The notes under the pieces are model-generated. The model saw nothing but the letters and a program-made list of their open reading frames with translations, was not told where the DNA came from and did not search any database. A DNA stretch of 64,000 nt, taken from the NCBI RefSeq assembly GCF_036971445.1, contig NC_091473.1:243660001-243724000 (forward strand). The letters are read 5' to 3'. The DNA comes from Narcine bancroftii. Lineage: Eukaryota. Every line of letters starts with the position of its first letter. Position 1 is the first letter of the stretch. The position numbers and the translations under genes were made by a program. Shown piece by piece: positions 22,195 through 35,796 of the stretch.

Positions 22195-24540
22195 CTAGTC
22201 ACGGGGATCTGTAAGAAATGGGATAGATCTATATTTGGAATCATTCCTTATGAAAACACATGGAGTTGTAAAATTCTGGGTGGTGTATTCAAGCTAAAGT
22301 TATTAAGCACTCTCTTTTAGTAAGGTCAGTTCGGTTACAACGCTGTTATAGCATCAGTGATTGGGACTCTGGTTCAAATCTTGCACTGTCTGTAAGGAGT
22401 TTATACGTTTTCCTCACATCTGCGTGGGTTTCCTCCAGGTGTTCCGGTTTTCTCATCGTCAAAATTTACCAGGGTGCAAGTCAATAAGGTGTAATTGGGG
22501 CAGCACGGGCTCATGGGCCAAAAGATCTTGTTACCGTGCTGTATGTACGTCTAATATTGGATCACAGAGGGGGAGACAGAGTTTGGGATACTCGAGAATC
22601 TTCAAAACCAGAGATGCCTGAGAGACTGCAGGTGCTAAATTCTACAGCAACACCCAATCTGCTAAAGGAACTCAGCAGTCCATATAACCATTTACGGAGC
22701 GGAAACAGGCCATGTTGGCCTTTCAAGTCCGCACCGGTTCACTGATTTTGTGCGCCCTCTTCAGGCATTGGTCCCGGTAGATCTTCATTCAATAATGATG
22801 GACGAATTCAATGCAGATGGAATCAGTAACTATCTCGAGCAGCATCATTGAGAGATAATGAATTGTCAGTGTTTTGGTGATGAATGGTTCTGGCTTGAAA
22901 TGTTGACAGGTTTTTTTTCCCCTCCCACTGCTGCTGAACTTCTGAGTTCTTCCAGCAGATCGTCGCCTTAGAAACTGACCTTGCATTTGTCTGCAAGTCA
23001 ATCCATGTGGTTTTGTTCTCGGTACAAATTTTAACAGTACATTTAAAGTGCTCTTGTGTGAATTTCATTATTTATTGCACTTAATGACTTGGAAGTAAAC
23101 TAGACATATAACCATCTCGAACAGGGCTTATCTTTGGCTGCAAATAGATTTCAGGTAAGTCTGGACATGTTTTATATTTGTCCAATTTGAATTTGATGAA
23201 GCCTTGTGGCTTTGCGGGGGAAAACTTGCTTTTAGTACTGTTGGAATCAAATCAGACCTCCAATCTATTGGTATGGCAACCAATGGTATCTGCCCACTGA
23301 TCAGAACAGGGTTGAAGTTTCACCTCTACACCCTAGGCTCAGCAGAATTAGGTGATTGAAGACTGTGAACAAAAATCAATCTCTCTCATAAGTTTGTTTT
23401 ATGAAATAGGAGGAGAGTTATTTATTTGCTTCTGAGCATCTACTGATCTTGCTCATCTGGGTTAACTTCAGTCCCCTCTACCATTGCACCATTTTGAAGT
23501 GTTAACCCCTTGAGGGTGTATGCCAGAATTGAGGTTTGCACTTGATGTCAATCATTCCTTCCTGCTTTGAACATGCGAGGCTTAACGTGGGTAAGGATAG
23601 TCCTGCACTCCTGCAGATGACTGTCTGGGAAATATAATTTTTAAATTTAGACATGCAGCACGGTAATGGGCCCTTCTAGCCCATGCTGCTTAATACCCCA
23701 ATTAATCTACTTTTTTTTTGGAGGGTGGGAGGAAACCCACAGGGAGAACAATACAAATTCCTTACAAGCAGTGCTGGATGCGAGCCTGATCCTGCAATAG
23801 GGTTGTGCCAACTGTGCTGCCTTCTGTTTACGGAATTCAGAAGTTTGTGGATCAGGTTTAAGGTGTGTTAAAATTAATTGTAGTGGAAGAATAAGAAAAC
23901 AATGCATTAAATAGAGATTTTGTTTGAAATCTTTCATCCTTGAATTTAATCTACATTGATCTGGAAGCAGAATGGAAAGGCAAAGAGTTGATGATGAAGC
24001 CTTTGGCTTCATCCAGTATTTGGGTAGCTGATCCAATACAAAATGGAGAAGAGGTTTTATGGGAATGGTGATGCTTTGGTGGTAACTGGGGGAGGTTATA
24101 AGATGTAAGAAATTAACTAGGGCTCGATGAGGGGCTTTAAACACTGATGATTGTGTCTTGTGTCGTGGAAGTGACTTCTTTCTGCCCCCCTTTTCATTGT
24201 ATTCATTCCAATTATTGTTGAACCAATTCTCGAGTGAGTCAGTTATGACACCTGAAGCAGAAAGAATAGAATGAACTGGGTTTGAGTTTTAATGCAGATG
24301 GAAGAAAGGAAACTGAATTGGTACATTAGTGGACTGCTGTTCTGTAAAGAATTAGAGTTCTTAAATATAGCGGAGTCGAGGGATATGGGGAGAAGGCAGG
24401 AGTGGGGTACTGATTGTAGATGGTCAGCCATGATCACAGTGAATGGTGGTGCTGGCTCGAAGGGCTGAACCGCCTACTCCTGCACCTACTGTCTATCATT
24501 TATTTTCCGTAATAACAATGGAAGGATTTCTATCTTTCAG

Positions 24541-24732
24541 GATTTTATTGTGACTGTTTCCTTCGCGTTCTTATGGCTAGTCTCCTCCTCTGCATGGGCA
24601 CAAGGACTGACTGACGTTAAGCGTGCTACAAATCCAACTGCTCTCATCAGCAATGTGGATGCCTGCCAGAGGCAGGATGTTGTCTGCACTCCAGGTGCTT
24701 TGCCCCCTATGGGTCGTCTTAATGCATCTGTG
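24541..24732 (+). CDS. SYPL2: SYPL2 coding exon 5 (DFIVTVSFAFLWLVSSSAWAQGLTDVK..MGRLNASV)
   Basis: tttcag acceptor, GTG|gtaagt donor, 192 nt, phases 0/0. Encodes TM3 and a loop with a Cys pair. Confidence 0.96.
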
Positions 24733-25985
24733 GTAAGTGTTGGCTATGCAAAGATAGTACTGTGAAGTCAAAGGGTTGGTCTGAGCTGTTGTTCTGCTTG
24801 GGAAGGATAGATTTATTGGGTTCCTTTCACTGGATTAAAATCTCAATGAAGCTTCACAGTCAATATATCCCTTGAGGCGCTTTTGCCTCGCACGGTCAAA
24901 TTGTGCTTGGCAATGTCCCACAAAAACAATGTCGTAGATTTTGGCCAAGTTCTTGAATTGTGTCATTTGCTCTTTTATTTCTACCAAGAGGTCAGTCTAA
25001 TATTTCATTTGCAGGATGACTTTTCCAGCAAAGCCCTGGCCATTCATTGTTACACTATCTTTATTGGGATTTGAACCCACCCTACCTTTCAAATAAGCGT
25101 TATCCATCGACCTATACCTGGTGGCATCTTCCGATATTTCTCCCTACAAAGGCAGAAAGATTATTAATAGTGAAGATCGTATATACGGTTCGAAGCAACT
25201 TCTTTTATCTTGGAGTATGAAAAGGACAATTGTGGTGAGACCTATTTTGCACCTCTGCCACATGTTCCAGTTTGTGCTCGGCACCAGTGGAAAACAAAAA
25301 TATCTTTAAGGCTTTCAGGAGTCTTTCCTCTCCCTAGAAAGGGGTTTTAGCAGTAGCAGTGGTGACCATCTTGAGGGCACATCCTTCAGGTGGTTACAAC
25401 CACATTGTATTAAAATCACATAGAAATTCCTTGAAGAGGGGCCTGGCCTGAAACCTGGGTAATATATCTTTACCTCCAATGGACACTGCGAGACTGGCTG
25501 AGTTCCTCTAGCATTTCTATTTGTGTTTTTAACAACACTGCAGACTTTTGTGTTTCACAATCACGTTGTAGCCATTAAGCAAGGATAGTTTTGTATCAAT
25601 GAACCAAAATGTCAAAACGTACAAAAATGATAATAAACATGAAAATCTGCGAAAGCTGTGATTGTCATCTTAAACAAAAATACAGAAATGCTGGAGAAAC
25701 TCAACAGTTCTTGCAGCGTCTATCAGAGGTAAAAAAAAAAAGCATAATTGATGTTTCGGGTCTTGAAATATGAAATGTCAGTTATATATCTTTACCTCCT
25801 ATGGACCTATTAAGTTCCTCCAGCAATTCTGTTTTTAAACTTTTGGTGCAAAAATGATGACTTGGTTTACTTTATCTTCAACTGATTCGTTCAAGGGATT
25901 TTAAGAGCATCTCTTGCTTATCTATAAATTCTGTTGATTAAAGCTTTGGCTTACAGATCCAAGATGTTTGCAAATTGGACATTAA

Positions 25986-26129
<144 letters not shown>

Positions 26130-27911
26130 TTTTGTCATCTTCCTCCACCCCAATCCATGCCTCGCCCCAGAAGCCATCTTGTACAAATGCCTTAGGTTAG
26201 TGACAGACAACCTTCCAACCACCGAACCTTTTCAGGGAGGAATGGCTGCTACGTGGCAGAGAGGAAGTCACTTTGAACCATGCCTAAACAGTTTTGCGAC
26301 TCAACCATCCCACAATCTTATTTCTGTCTCTATCCTCAGCGGAAAAGCTATTCCTCAACTTTAAAGTTTATGTTTTTACTTCTGATATCTTGCTTATAGA
26401 AAACACTCATGATTGGGTGATGCCAGTTTATGCTGCTCATGGTATCTATTTGCTTGTTCTACACAGTTATAACTTGTGAAACAAGAACATGTGTTCCAAT
26501 GTTAATAAGAAAGTTTTGGGATATGTTCAAGGTCTTGGGGCTCAACTATTGCTCCCCAGTACAGTTTCATGTTTTAAAAAAAAAATTAAAAGAATTGACC
26601 AAGTGCACTGCCTTTCTCATCTCCTTCCTGACAATCCTTTTACTTAGTAACCTTTACTAATACTGTCCTTCATGAAATGTGAATGCCATGGGATCACTGC
26701 TCAGTAACACTACATAACTACTGCATCTCTTCCCACTTTCAGAAAGTCTTTCTCGGTTTGATTTTATTGCAGAGATCTTGCTTGGGAGGAGCTTGCACCT
26801 TGATGTGTTCCATATTTGTGTGTTCATATGTTTTTGCTTAACTTGGCTGTGCGGTGAGTGTAGTTTGGTGGGGTAAGGGCCTGGTCTTTTTGTATTATCC
26901 ATGGGCTTTGGAGTTTTCGTCCTTGTCGATCACTGAAAACCAAGCCCCATCATGTTGAGACAAATCTTAATGCCAAACCAGCACAGATAAAGTCGCACAA
27001 AATCCAAACAATTTTTTTGTTGACTTGATGTGATTGGTCTTTCTTTCCCATTTGCGTACCATCATCTTTATCCCCACTTCAATGCTTTCCTCTATCCCGA
27101 TCTTAGTATCAGCTCCAAGGATGGCTGGGATGAGAACATGAGTCACTACAACCTGCCATTGTGAATTGCTCACACTGAACCATACCATCTTCCTAGTTTA
27201 TAGTCACGTGTTCTGTGAGTATTAGCTTAGCAGTTGAAATATTCCCTTGCACACTTTAGAAAATGTATAAATTTCTGTCAGGTGTAAATTTTTGTCCCAG
27301 TTCCCAAAATAAAAGCATGGATTTTGCACAATCTAATCTGGGTTATTGTCAGAAAAGGAACTGATGGGTGATGAAGTGTAAGGAAATTAAGGGAAAGCTT
27401 TGTACTGAGTTATTAGCTTCTGTGGTTGAGAAACTAATAGCACCTTTGAAGAACAGGGTCTCCTACTGTTACAGGAAAACCTTGGGGGTATCAAGGGGTT
27501 GCTAGTATGGTTGGGAATATCTGGTGCTGAGCATTAATTTGGGAATGCATGCATTGGGAGTGGGATGAGGGCAAAGACCAAAACCGGGACTGGCATGTGC
27601 TGTAGTGGGTTGAAGGAAGTGCCTGTATGAAGGCTTGGGTGCTATTAACATTTAAGATATTTGGCTGCTTATCTTTGTATTTTGCTTCCACGCACACTTT
27701 GCGATCTACAAGTACCTGTTCTGCAAAACGGCCGCGTTTACAAAACATTGTAAGATTTTGGAAACTAATCCAGGCTGAAGGAAAGGGCACAGCCTTGCAA
27801 AATGCGTGAAGTGCCTTGTGTTCCTGCCAATCAGGCAGCTTCCTGTGATATCTGTAAATTGACAGCATTTGAGGAAAATGTAGCCTTGCAAAGGATTTGT
27901 TTTGTGATTGA

Positions 27912-27917
27912 AATAAA
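27912..27917 (+). terminator. Candidate polyadenylation signal of SYPL2 (alternative AATAAA at 27308-27313)
   Basis: AATAAA followed by a GT/T-rich stretch, in a largely repeat-free region downstream of the stop codon. Confidence 0.4.
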
Positions 27918-29214
27918 ACTTAAATGTTGGCTCCGGTGTGTTTCTGTCCTTTTGCGAGAGGAAGTTTGTACAACTCAACTCTGCCAAGCCTAGGTTGAGT
28001 TCATGATGTTGCTGTCAACAGTTCCTTGTGCTATCTTCCCTTCTTCTCTCCCCCACCACCCAACTTTCCATTCCTGACCTAATTTAGCAGATTAGCCTTA
28101 AAGTCTGGTGGCAATGCTAGAATGGTTGATAAAGATTTTAGAGTATGGCTCCATTCTCTTGAAATCAGAACATGAGTGAACTGAATGAAGTTTGTATAGT
28201 TAAGGAGATGGTTGGTACAATAGGTGTACAAGTCTTGGGGGGGGGGGGGGAGGGTAATGCCCAAGGGAATTACTTTGAGGGTGGGGAGGGGGGATCCAAA
28301 CCAAAAATGTGATCAAGATGGTCTGCCCATAAACAGCCATCAGATTGTAATTGGAGCCTTGGTGCTATGGATGATGGTTTGTGCCATTACATCTTATCCT
28401 GCCGATGGATTTGAAGTATGTTATGGAAATGGTGTTGGCAGGACCTCTCTAATACTTTGTTCCTTCTGTAGATTTCAGTGCACAGGAAGGGAAGAATCAC
28501 TGCTAGCCAATGGACCATGAGCTGTCAGGTTTGATATCTTGATTTTCTTCAGGTGCCCAAAGATTGCTTTGAGTGTTGCCTCTTAACATTGTTGTGGCTT
28601 CTAAGATATGGGAACCATTTTGTTTTGGGTTTGTTGATGATCTTTATTATTAAAGGTCCTGTTGTACAAGGTGGTCAGACTAGCTGAGGACCTTTTATTG
28701 GTATTAAGTGTAAAGCATGCTCTCTTTTGTAAATGAGTTGACAACCTGTTCTTTACCAAGGTTGTGCATTTCCAAACACTACTCCAGCCAGTGACTGAGA
28801 AAGCGATCTTGGTCCTGCATCGGATAGAGCAAAGGTAAAAATGTGGAGGTCAAAAGGACTAAGCAGTTGCAGCTGACTCTTTAATTTAATCCATTATCTC
28901 AAGATGGAACGATTCCACAATCATTTGGAAACAGCTCTTTGGGCACCAGGAGGAAACCAGGAGTTTCAGTGAGACCTCTCTATTTACCCTTTAAAATTGA
29001 TATTATGAGTTTCCTGGTAACTCTCCCTGTTCCCAGTGCGAATTTGTGACCAATTCCTGTCTACCTAGTTTTAGGACTGGAAGGATATTGTGCGCTTCCA
29101 AATCCAGAATAGCCATTTTGAATTGTCTGGTGCAGTGGTTCTCAACCATTTTTTCCCACTCACATACCACATTAAGTAATCCCTTCGTAAGGGATTAGGC
29201 AATAGGTGCAGAAC

Positions 29215-30235
29215 TAGGCCATTCACTGTGATCATGGCTGACCATCCACAATCGGTACCCAGTCCCTGCCTTCTCATATCACTTGACTCCACTATCTTTA
29301 AGAGCTTCATCTAACTCTTTCTTGAAAGCCTCCAGAGAATTGTCCTCCACTGGCTTCTGAGGCAGAGTTCCACAACTCTGGGTGAAAAAAGTTCTTTCTC
29401 AACTCTGTGCTAAATGACCTACTCATTTTTCTTGAACTGTGGCCTCTGGTTCTGGACTCCCCCAACATTAGAAACATGTTTCCTGCCTCTAGTATGCCCA
29501 ATCCTTTAATCCTGTGTGTTTCAATCAGATCCCCCTCATCCTAAATTCCAGTGTATACAAGCGTAGTCGCTCCAATCTTTCAACGTATGACAGTCCTGCC
29601 ATCCTGGGAATTAACCTTGTGAACCTCTGCTGCACTTCCTCAATAGCAAGAATGTCCTTCCTAAAATTTGGAGACCAAAACTACACACGATACTCCAGGT
29701 GTGGTCTCACCAGGGCCCTATACAACTGCAGAAGGACCTCTTTGCTCCTATACCCCACTCCCCTTGTTATGAAGGCCATTAGGCTTCTTCACTGCCTGCA
29801 TGCTTATTTTCAGTGACTGATGAACACCTTGATCTCGTACTTCTCCTTTTCCTGACACCACCATTCAGATAGTAATCTGCCTTCCTGTTTCTTGCCACCA
29901 AAGTGGATAACACATTTATCTACATTAAACTTCATCTGCCCATTCACCCAACCTGTTCAAATCACCCTACATTCTCATAACATCCTCCTCCCATTTTGCA
30001 CTGCCACCCAACTTTGTGTCATTTGCTAATGTTACTATTAATCCCTTCAACTAAATCATTAATGTATATTGTAAATAGTTGCAGTACCAGTACCGAGCCT
30101 TGCACTAGCCACTATCTGCCATTCTGAAAGGGACCGACTGGTTAATCCCTACTGTTTCCTGGCTGCCAACCAATTTTCTATTCATGTTAGTACCCTTCCC
30201 CCAATACCATGTACTCTAATTTTGCCCACCAATCT
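29215..30235 (-). mobile_element. CR1 LINE 3' fragment
   Basis: Reverse strand reads LYRALVRPHLEY.V.FWSP and GESRTRGHS motifs. Confidence 0.8.
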
Positions 30236-30265
30236 CATTTTTAATTGTTCCTGTATCACTATTTA

Positions 30266-30820
30266 CACTGGACAACGAAGATTTTACTTTCTGAACGCTT
30301 TCAGGTATATTTTATGGATTTTGGGCTACTCATCACAAAAATCACCTTAGAGTTCCTATTACCATTTTTGTAATATAAAAATATAATATAACCTATTTTT
30401 GTGATTTCCTGTCATTTTAACATGCTTCAAGCAGACAAAACCATGAATTGCAACATGTCATTGAAAATTCATTTTCTGCATTCTCACTTGGACGCCTTCC
30501 CTGCCCGTCAATGATGAAGTCGATGACAAACACGGTGAAAGGTTTCGCTAGGACATTGCGACCATAGAAAACCAGTATCGGGGAAATGGAATCCATCAAT
30601 GTTGGACGCTGACACGGGAATGCAAACGAAAGTCAGCGACAAAACATTTTTAGGTCAGTTGAACTAACTAACGCAATGTGTCAGCGTAATTATGCGATTA
30701 AAAGTTGATGTTTCTCCAACTTCCTAGTTGAATAGCAAATCTGAAATGATCTGTGTGTTCAGCTTGAAGTTGTCTATCATTCCCATATTTTTGTTCAGGA
30801 AGCAAATCTTTGAGAGGTTG
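30266..30820 (+). mobile_element. Chapaev3-like (CMC superfamily) DNA transposon deletion derivative, copy A
   Basis: TTA|CACTGG terminus. Decayed transposase C-terminus LKIHFLHSHLD.FP..DKHGERF..DIATIE.QY.GKWNPSML at about 30460-30605. Family assignment is from motif recall. Confidence 0.6.
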
Positions 30821-30837
30821 GGGGTGGGGGGGGGGGA

Positions 30838-30892
<55 letters not shown>
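30838..30892 (+). repeat. (GA)n microsatellite
   Basis: Directly visible. Confidence 0.95.
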
Positions 30893-30897
<5 letters not shown>

Positions 30898-33800
30898 CTC
30901 AGCGCCAGTTTTTATTAATGGTGCTTTGCTCTTGAAATGGCTGTTCCACAACTTCATAACACCAAGGTGAAAACATTACATCGACATTGCATACAAGGGC
31001 ATACAAGCCCAGATTAGAACATTAATGGATGATCTCATTGTTTAAGATCAATGGATTTGATGAAGTTAATAGCTTCTATTTCAACAGAAGGGAAGATATG
31101 ATGTCAAAATTGATTCTTCAACCAATGGGAGTAGAAATCTCTTAGCTTCTCCTGTTCCAAACAATTAGGCAGGAGTTTAATGCAATTTACATTAGAAAGG
31201 TGTTATAAAAATTAAAGATCTAAAGATGGTAGAAATCTGAAATTAAAATTGAAAGGCAATAATTTAAGTTCTCTGAAAGATGCTGTCCTTGATAATACAA
31301 TACCAGCACTTCCCATTTCTGCCCTTCTGTGCAGAAATCTCTCAAAGCTGTCTCTCTGACAATCCAACATTCTCTAGACAGTTCCTTAGATACTTTATCT
31401 TGTAGTAATTTTGTTCTGACTGTGTACAGTCCCTCTGGCTATTGCATTATTGCAGTGTTGTCCATCTGCAGTGCTCTCCAGTGTTTTCTGTTTGCCATTA
31501 CAACACTCCATAGATTACACAGGACTTTTTTTTCCCCCAAAAAGATTTTTACCCTGAAAAGAAAATTGGGGATTATGACGGACAACTTCAAACTGAACGC
31601 ACAGATAATTTCAGATTTGCTGCATCACATAGGAAGTTGGAGAACCCCTGTCCTGATAACTGGTGCTGGTGTTAACCATTGCCGCCCTATCATTAACATT
31701 TATGCCTGATACGCTTCCAGTGTAAGCCCAGTATTTTCTTAATGCCTAGAAATTAATGACCTTTGGTTTGAATATATTCAATGATGGAGCATCCACTCTC
31801 CTGTGGGGTAGAAAGTATCAAAATATGAAATTTCTTCTCTGCATCCTTGAAAGCTTCTTCTGTTGTCGTAAACTCCACAGTTGCAGGAAATAATCGACCC
31901 CCGAATTTAGCTAGCCGAACCTGTCACAAATTCTACATGCTTCAAAGAGTGATTTTTTTTTAATGTGGTCCCAGACTTCTTGCAAACCAGGTCCAGTCTA
32001 TAACAAATGCATCCTTTGGTCAGGAGGCCAAAGTGTAAGAAATATTTTGGATGCAGACTCTGAGACCCTGTGATACCCCACCAGTCTTAAATTATCGCTT
32101 CTTGTCTGGTAATCAACTCTCAATCCATGTCAATGCATTAACAGTAATTCCTGGTGCTCTCATCTTGTTGCTCAAGTTTCTTGAATGTCTTCTGAAATCC
32201 AAATGCACCACATCTCTTTTTTTGTCCTCTTCACTGCCTCTGTTAGTCCTATCCTCAAAAAGATGTTCTTTTCACAAATCCATGATGGTTTTCCTCAGTT
32301 CTTTTAAGATTTACAAGGTATGCTGTTATAAAATCATTTATAGATTACAGCACTTTGCTTACTGCTGATGTCAGACTCTCAGGGCTGTATTTATCTTTTT
32401 CTGTCCATCCATAAATAATAGGTCATATTTGTTATGCTACAATCCAGCAGATCAATTCCACAATTTATAGAATTCGGGAAGATTACAATCTGAAGCTCTG
32501 GAACGTAAATCACTGGGTGCTTGGGAATGATTAGCGTTCATGCTCACCAACATCTCCAGGACTTTTACTCTTTCATTACTTCATTCTTCATTTTCTAATG
32601 TCTGTTGGGATTTGTAGTCATCCATGAAGACAGTCACAAAGTAATTGTTTCATAACTATCATTTCCATTTTTCTTTATTAAAATCTGGTCCTGTTTGTAA
32701 GGACTCCTATTGCACTCATCAATCTTATGGGCTTTTTTGACCTATAAAAAAAACCTAACAGTCTGTTTATTTCCTACCAGGCTTTCTTTTCAATATCTTG
32801 GTAATTTTGTGAGTTCTAAAATGATCTTGGACTCTTCACTATTTTGAATGTTTCTTATCTAATTCACAGATGAATCGAGTTTCCTTTTGTACCAAAGGAA
32901 TATATATTGCAACAAAGGATTATTTCTTGAAATGCTAACAATTACTGACACACAGTTCAAAGTATTTCTCTAGTCAACCTGCATGAGTTCCTGCTGGGTG
33001 CTCCTGTTTCCTTCCACCCTCCAAAAAGGTTAATTGGTGTATTTGGGTGGGACAGGGTTGTGGGCTGGAAGGGGCTGTTACTAAGTTGTAACTCTCAATG
33101 ACAAAATTAACAACAGCCAACTCTCCCTTGTTTAGACAGAAGATTTCACATTGAGCTACATCACTTTCAAACCCAAAACTGGTCTGTAATAGGCCAGCAC
33201 TTCTCAATACTCTTCCCAACAGTGCAGCACTCAGGCAATAATGATCCTGTGGCAATGCAGCCCTACTTCAGTAATTCAATGGGAGTGACTGTTTGGATTT
33301 TGCTCAAAGCATGAGATGTGGTTTTACATTTTGATCCACTGACAATGTAGTCACTCTGATGAAAAGGTGAATTTAAGTCAGAAAGATTCAGAACAGAAAT
33401 TGACAGGATTTATATTTTTCTGCTGAAATGTCCTGTGGTGAAATCTTGGGCCTTGGACTTGGAATGCACCTTGTTACCGTTTCCTGGTTTCGAGCTACTG
33501 AGGCGAATTGTGCATCCAACCGATTTCTCTGCATCTCACTCGCCCACTCTTATGGTACTGCCATAATATCATGCGTCAGTTTTGTTTTTATAAAGTACGT
33601 GTTCAGCTGCAGCAACTAAGAATTTTTGGTGCATGTGCTCGTTCTTCAATATATATGATTATCATCCCTGCCCTCTCCCACAATCAGGTATTTTTATCAA
33701 CCATCAGTTATTGCCCATCTCTTCCCCACCCAAGGACAGCTGGAAATGAAACCCAGATCCATGCCTTTGTTAATTGTAATGATCTTTCCAACAGCATAAT

Positions 33801-34394
33801 TAACTGATCCAGATTCTATATTTAAGATTTATTGTCAGTATGTACACATCATGTACCTTGAAGTTCTTTTTCCTGCAGAATCACCACTTACTGAAAGAGC
33901 AAAAAAAAGCTGTACACAGTAAAGAAAGAAATATAAACAAATTGGCCATGCAATACAGAGAATCTGAAGAAAAAAAAACAATAGTCCTTCAAAGTTGTAC
34001 AGGGAAGAGCTACTGTCAACCACTTCTAGAGCTTGTAAAGAAAGCACACCTGAAGCCTTTGATACCCATGGAGCGAATGTTGGAGATGGAAATCAGGTCT
34101 GGCAGCATCTACGGAAAGAGAAAGAGAGAATGTTTCAGGTCACTGACATATTTAATTGATTTCCAACAACTAAAGTTTTAAAAATTTGACCCTTCCATTG
34201 ATGCTACTCGCCCTGTTGAGTTCCTGGAAATAGGTTTTATGCTAATTATGGACTTGATTAACAAAAGTGTTAACAGAAAAATTGCATTTAAGAGTAGTTA
34301 AATTTCATATAATTGACAGCAGACTGGAGCCACTAGTTGGCCTGAATTTCCCACCTCGCTGATAACACGAGGCAGCTAAGTTTTTCAAAAGGTT

Positions 34395-34923
34395 TTCTTC
34401 CTTTTTAAAAAAAAAATTGGGGATCATCAAAGATGTCCTCAAGCTGAACACGAAGATAATTTCAGAATTGCTGTATCGTGCGGGAATTTGAGGAAACCTT
34501 AACTTTTATGGAACTTGGTATGTCTAATTGCATATTGGTGTTGATATACTTGCATTATTTCTCAAAATGTTTTGCCGCTGATTTTCATTTGCACTCGGCA
34601 TCTGATGCCTCTTGTGTCCGTGTCCAACACTAGTCGGCTAACGTCGATGCATTCCTGTTGCCCCGATACAACTTTTCCATGGTCACAATGTCCTTGTGAA
34701 ACCTTTCACCATGTTCATCACCAAGATCAGCCGGGAAGACGTCTAAATACGAATGCAGAAAATTAATTTTCAATGACTTGGTTGTACTTCGTGGTTTTGT
34801 ATGCTTGAAGTAGACTTAAAATAAGTTATCTTTTTTCAAAACAAAAAGTATGAGATAGGAAAATTTTATGGTAATTTAAAATCCATAAAATACACCCAAA
34901 AGCAAAATTTTAGTGGGCCAGTG
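34395..34923 (-). mobile_element. Chapaev3-like DNA transposon deletion derivative, copy B (inverted relative to copy A)
   Basis: CCAGTG|TAA terminus. The reverse complement aligns with 30266-30340 and about 30450-30800. A small third piece lies at about 31560-31645. Confidence 0.6.
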
Positions 34924-35059
34924 TAATTAAGAATGAGAGCATAAAATTTGAAACCATTCAGTGGACATCAGGGCTAATGTCAGACCTGAGAAAGTTGATT
35001 AGTAGTTTTGGCCATGGGCGCTAGTGGGTGTAGAGACACCTTCCCAGCCATGACTGGCA

Positions 35060-35560
35060 GACCAGGTGTGTCGCCCTTGCCCGTCCGTGTCCCTGTCGCA
35101 TTCACTCCCGTCGCTTCGGAATACGCCCTATAGCGGCCTCCGGCCACCTCAAGCCCCTAGTGGCTGGGTGAGGCCTCTGCAGCTTCCGAGGAAACCCCGC
35201 CCCTGGCACGCTGGCGCCGAGAACGCAGCGTGCCGGGAGCGCGCGCGGTGATGGCGGCTCGGGAGCGCGCAGTGTGTGATGATGGCGGCCTCGGAGCGCA
35301 GGCTCCCGAGTCCCGAGGCGTTCGTGGGCCAGTCTTGGAGCAGTTGGATCGAGCGGGCTGAGGCGCTGCAGCTGTCGGACGGTAAGTGGGTTCTGGAGCG
35401 GGGGGGGGGGGAGGCCGTTGTCGGCCTCCGGGGCCTTTCACGGCTCGAATTAGTGCACCTGGAGACGATTTAAACGGACAGACTGTGACCGGCCTCCTCC
35501 CGCACACAGACGGCAGCCGCTGGGTCCTAGCGCCCCGCCGTTGAGAAGTGACATCTGGGC
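35060..35560 (+). promoter_or_regulatory. CpG island / promoter of ATXN7L2
   Basis: Sharp CpG and GC enrichment, GC box CCCCGCCCC at 35195-35203, a GCGCGCGC tract, and YY1-like GATGGCGGC at 35250 and 35281. Confidence 0.75.
35279..35381 (+). CDS. ATXN7L2: Ataxin-7-like protein 2, coding exon 1 (MMAASERRLPSPEAFVGQSWSSWIERAE..)
   Basis: Matches the ATXN7-family N-terminus (ERR.PS...F.GQSWSSW.ERA). G|gtaagt donor, phase 1. Confidence 0.9.
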
Positions 35561-35796
35561 TTCCGCTGGGTCCTAAAGCCATACTCAAAGTGGTGTTATT
35601 GAAGCCAGCGGGTAACACTGAGTCACAAAGTTGAGGAATGAAGTGTCTCTCCATAAAATCCAGGTTGACTCTTGGAGGAAATGTTGTTCGTGGGGAGATA
35701 TTGTACTTTTCGTCCTCTTTTTCAGATGGAGGTTTAAACAAAAGATCCAAGGGCTGATATTTTGAACAACGTTGGAGCAATTCATCATTCAAAGTA

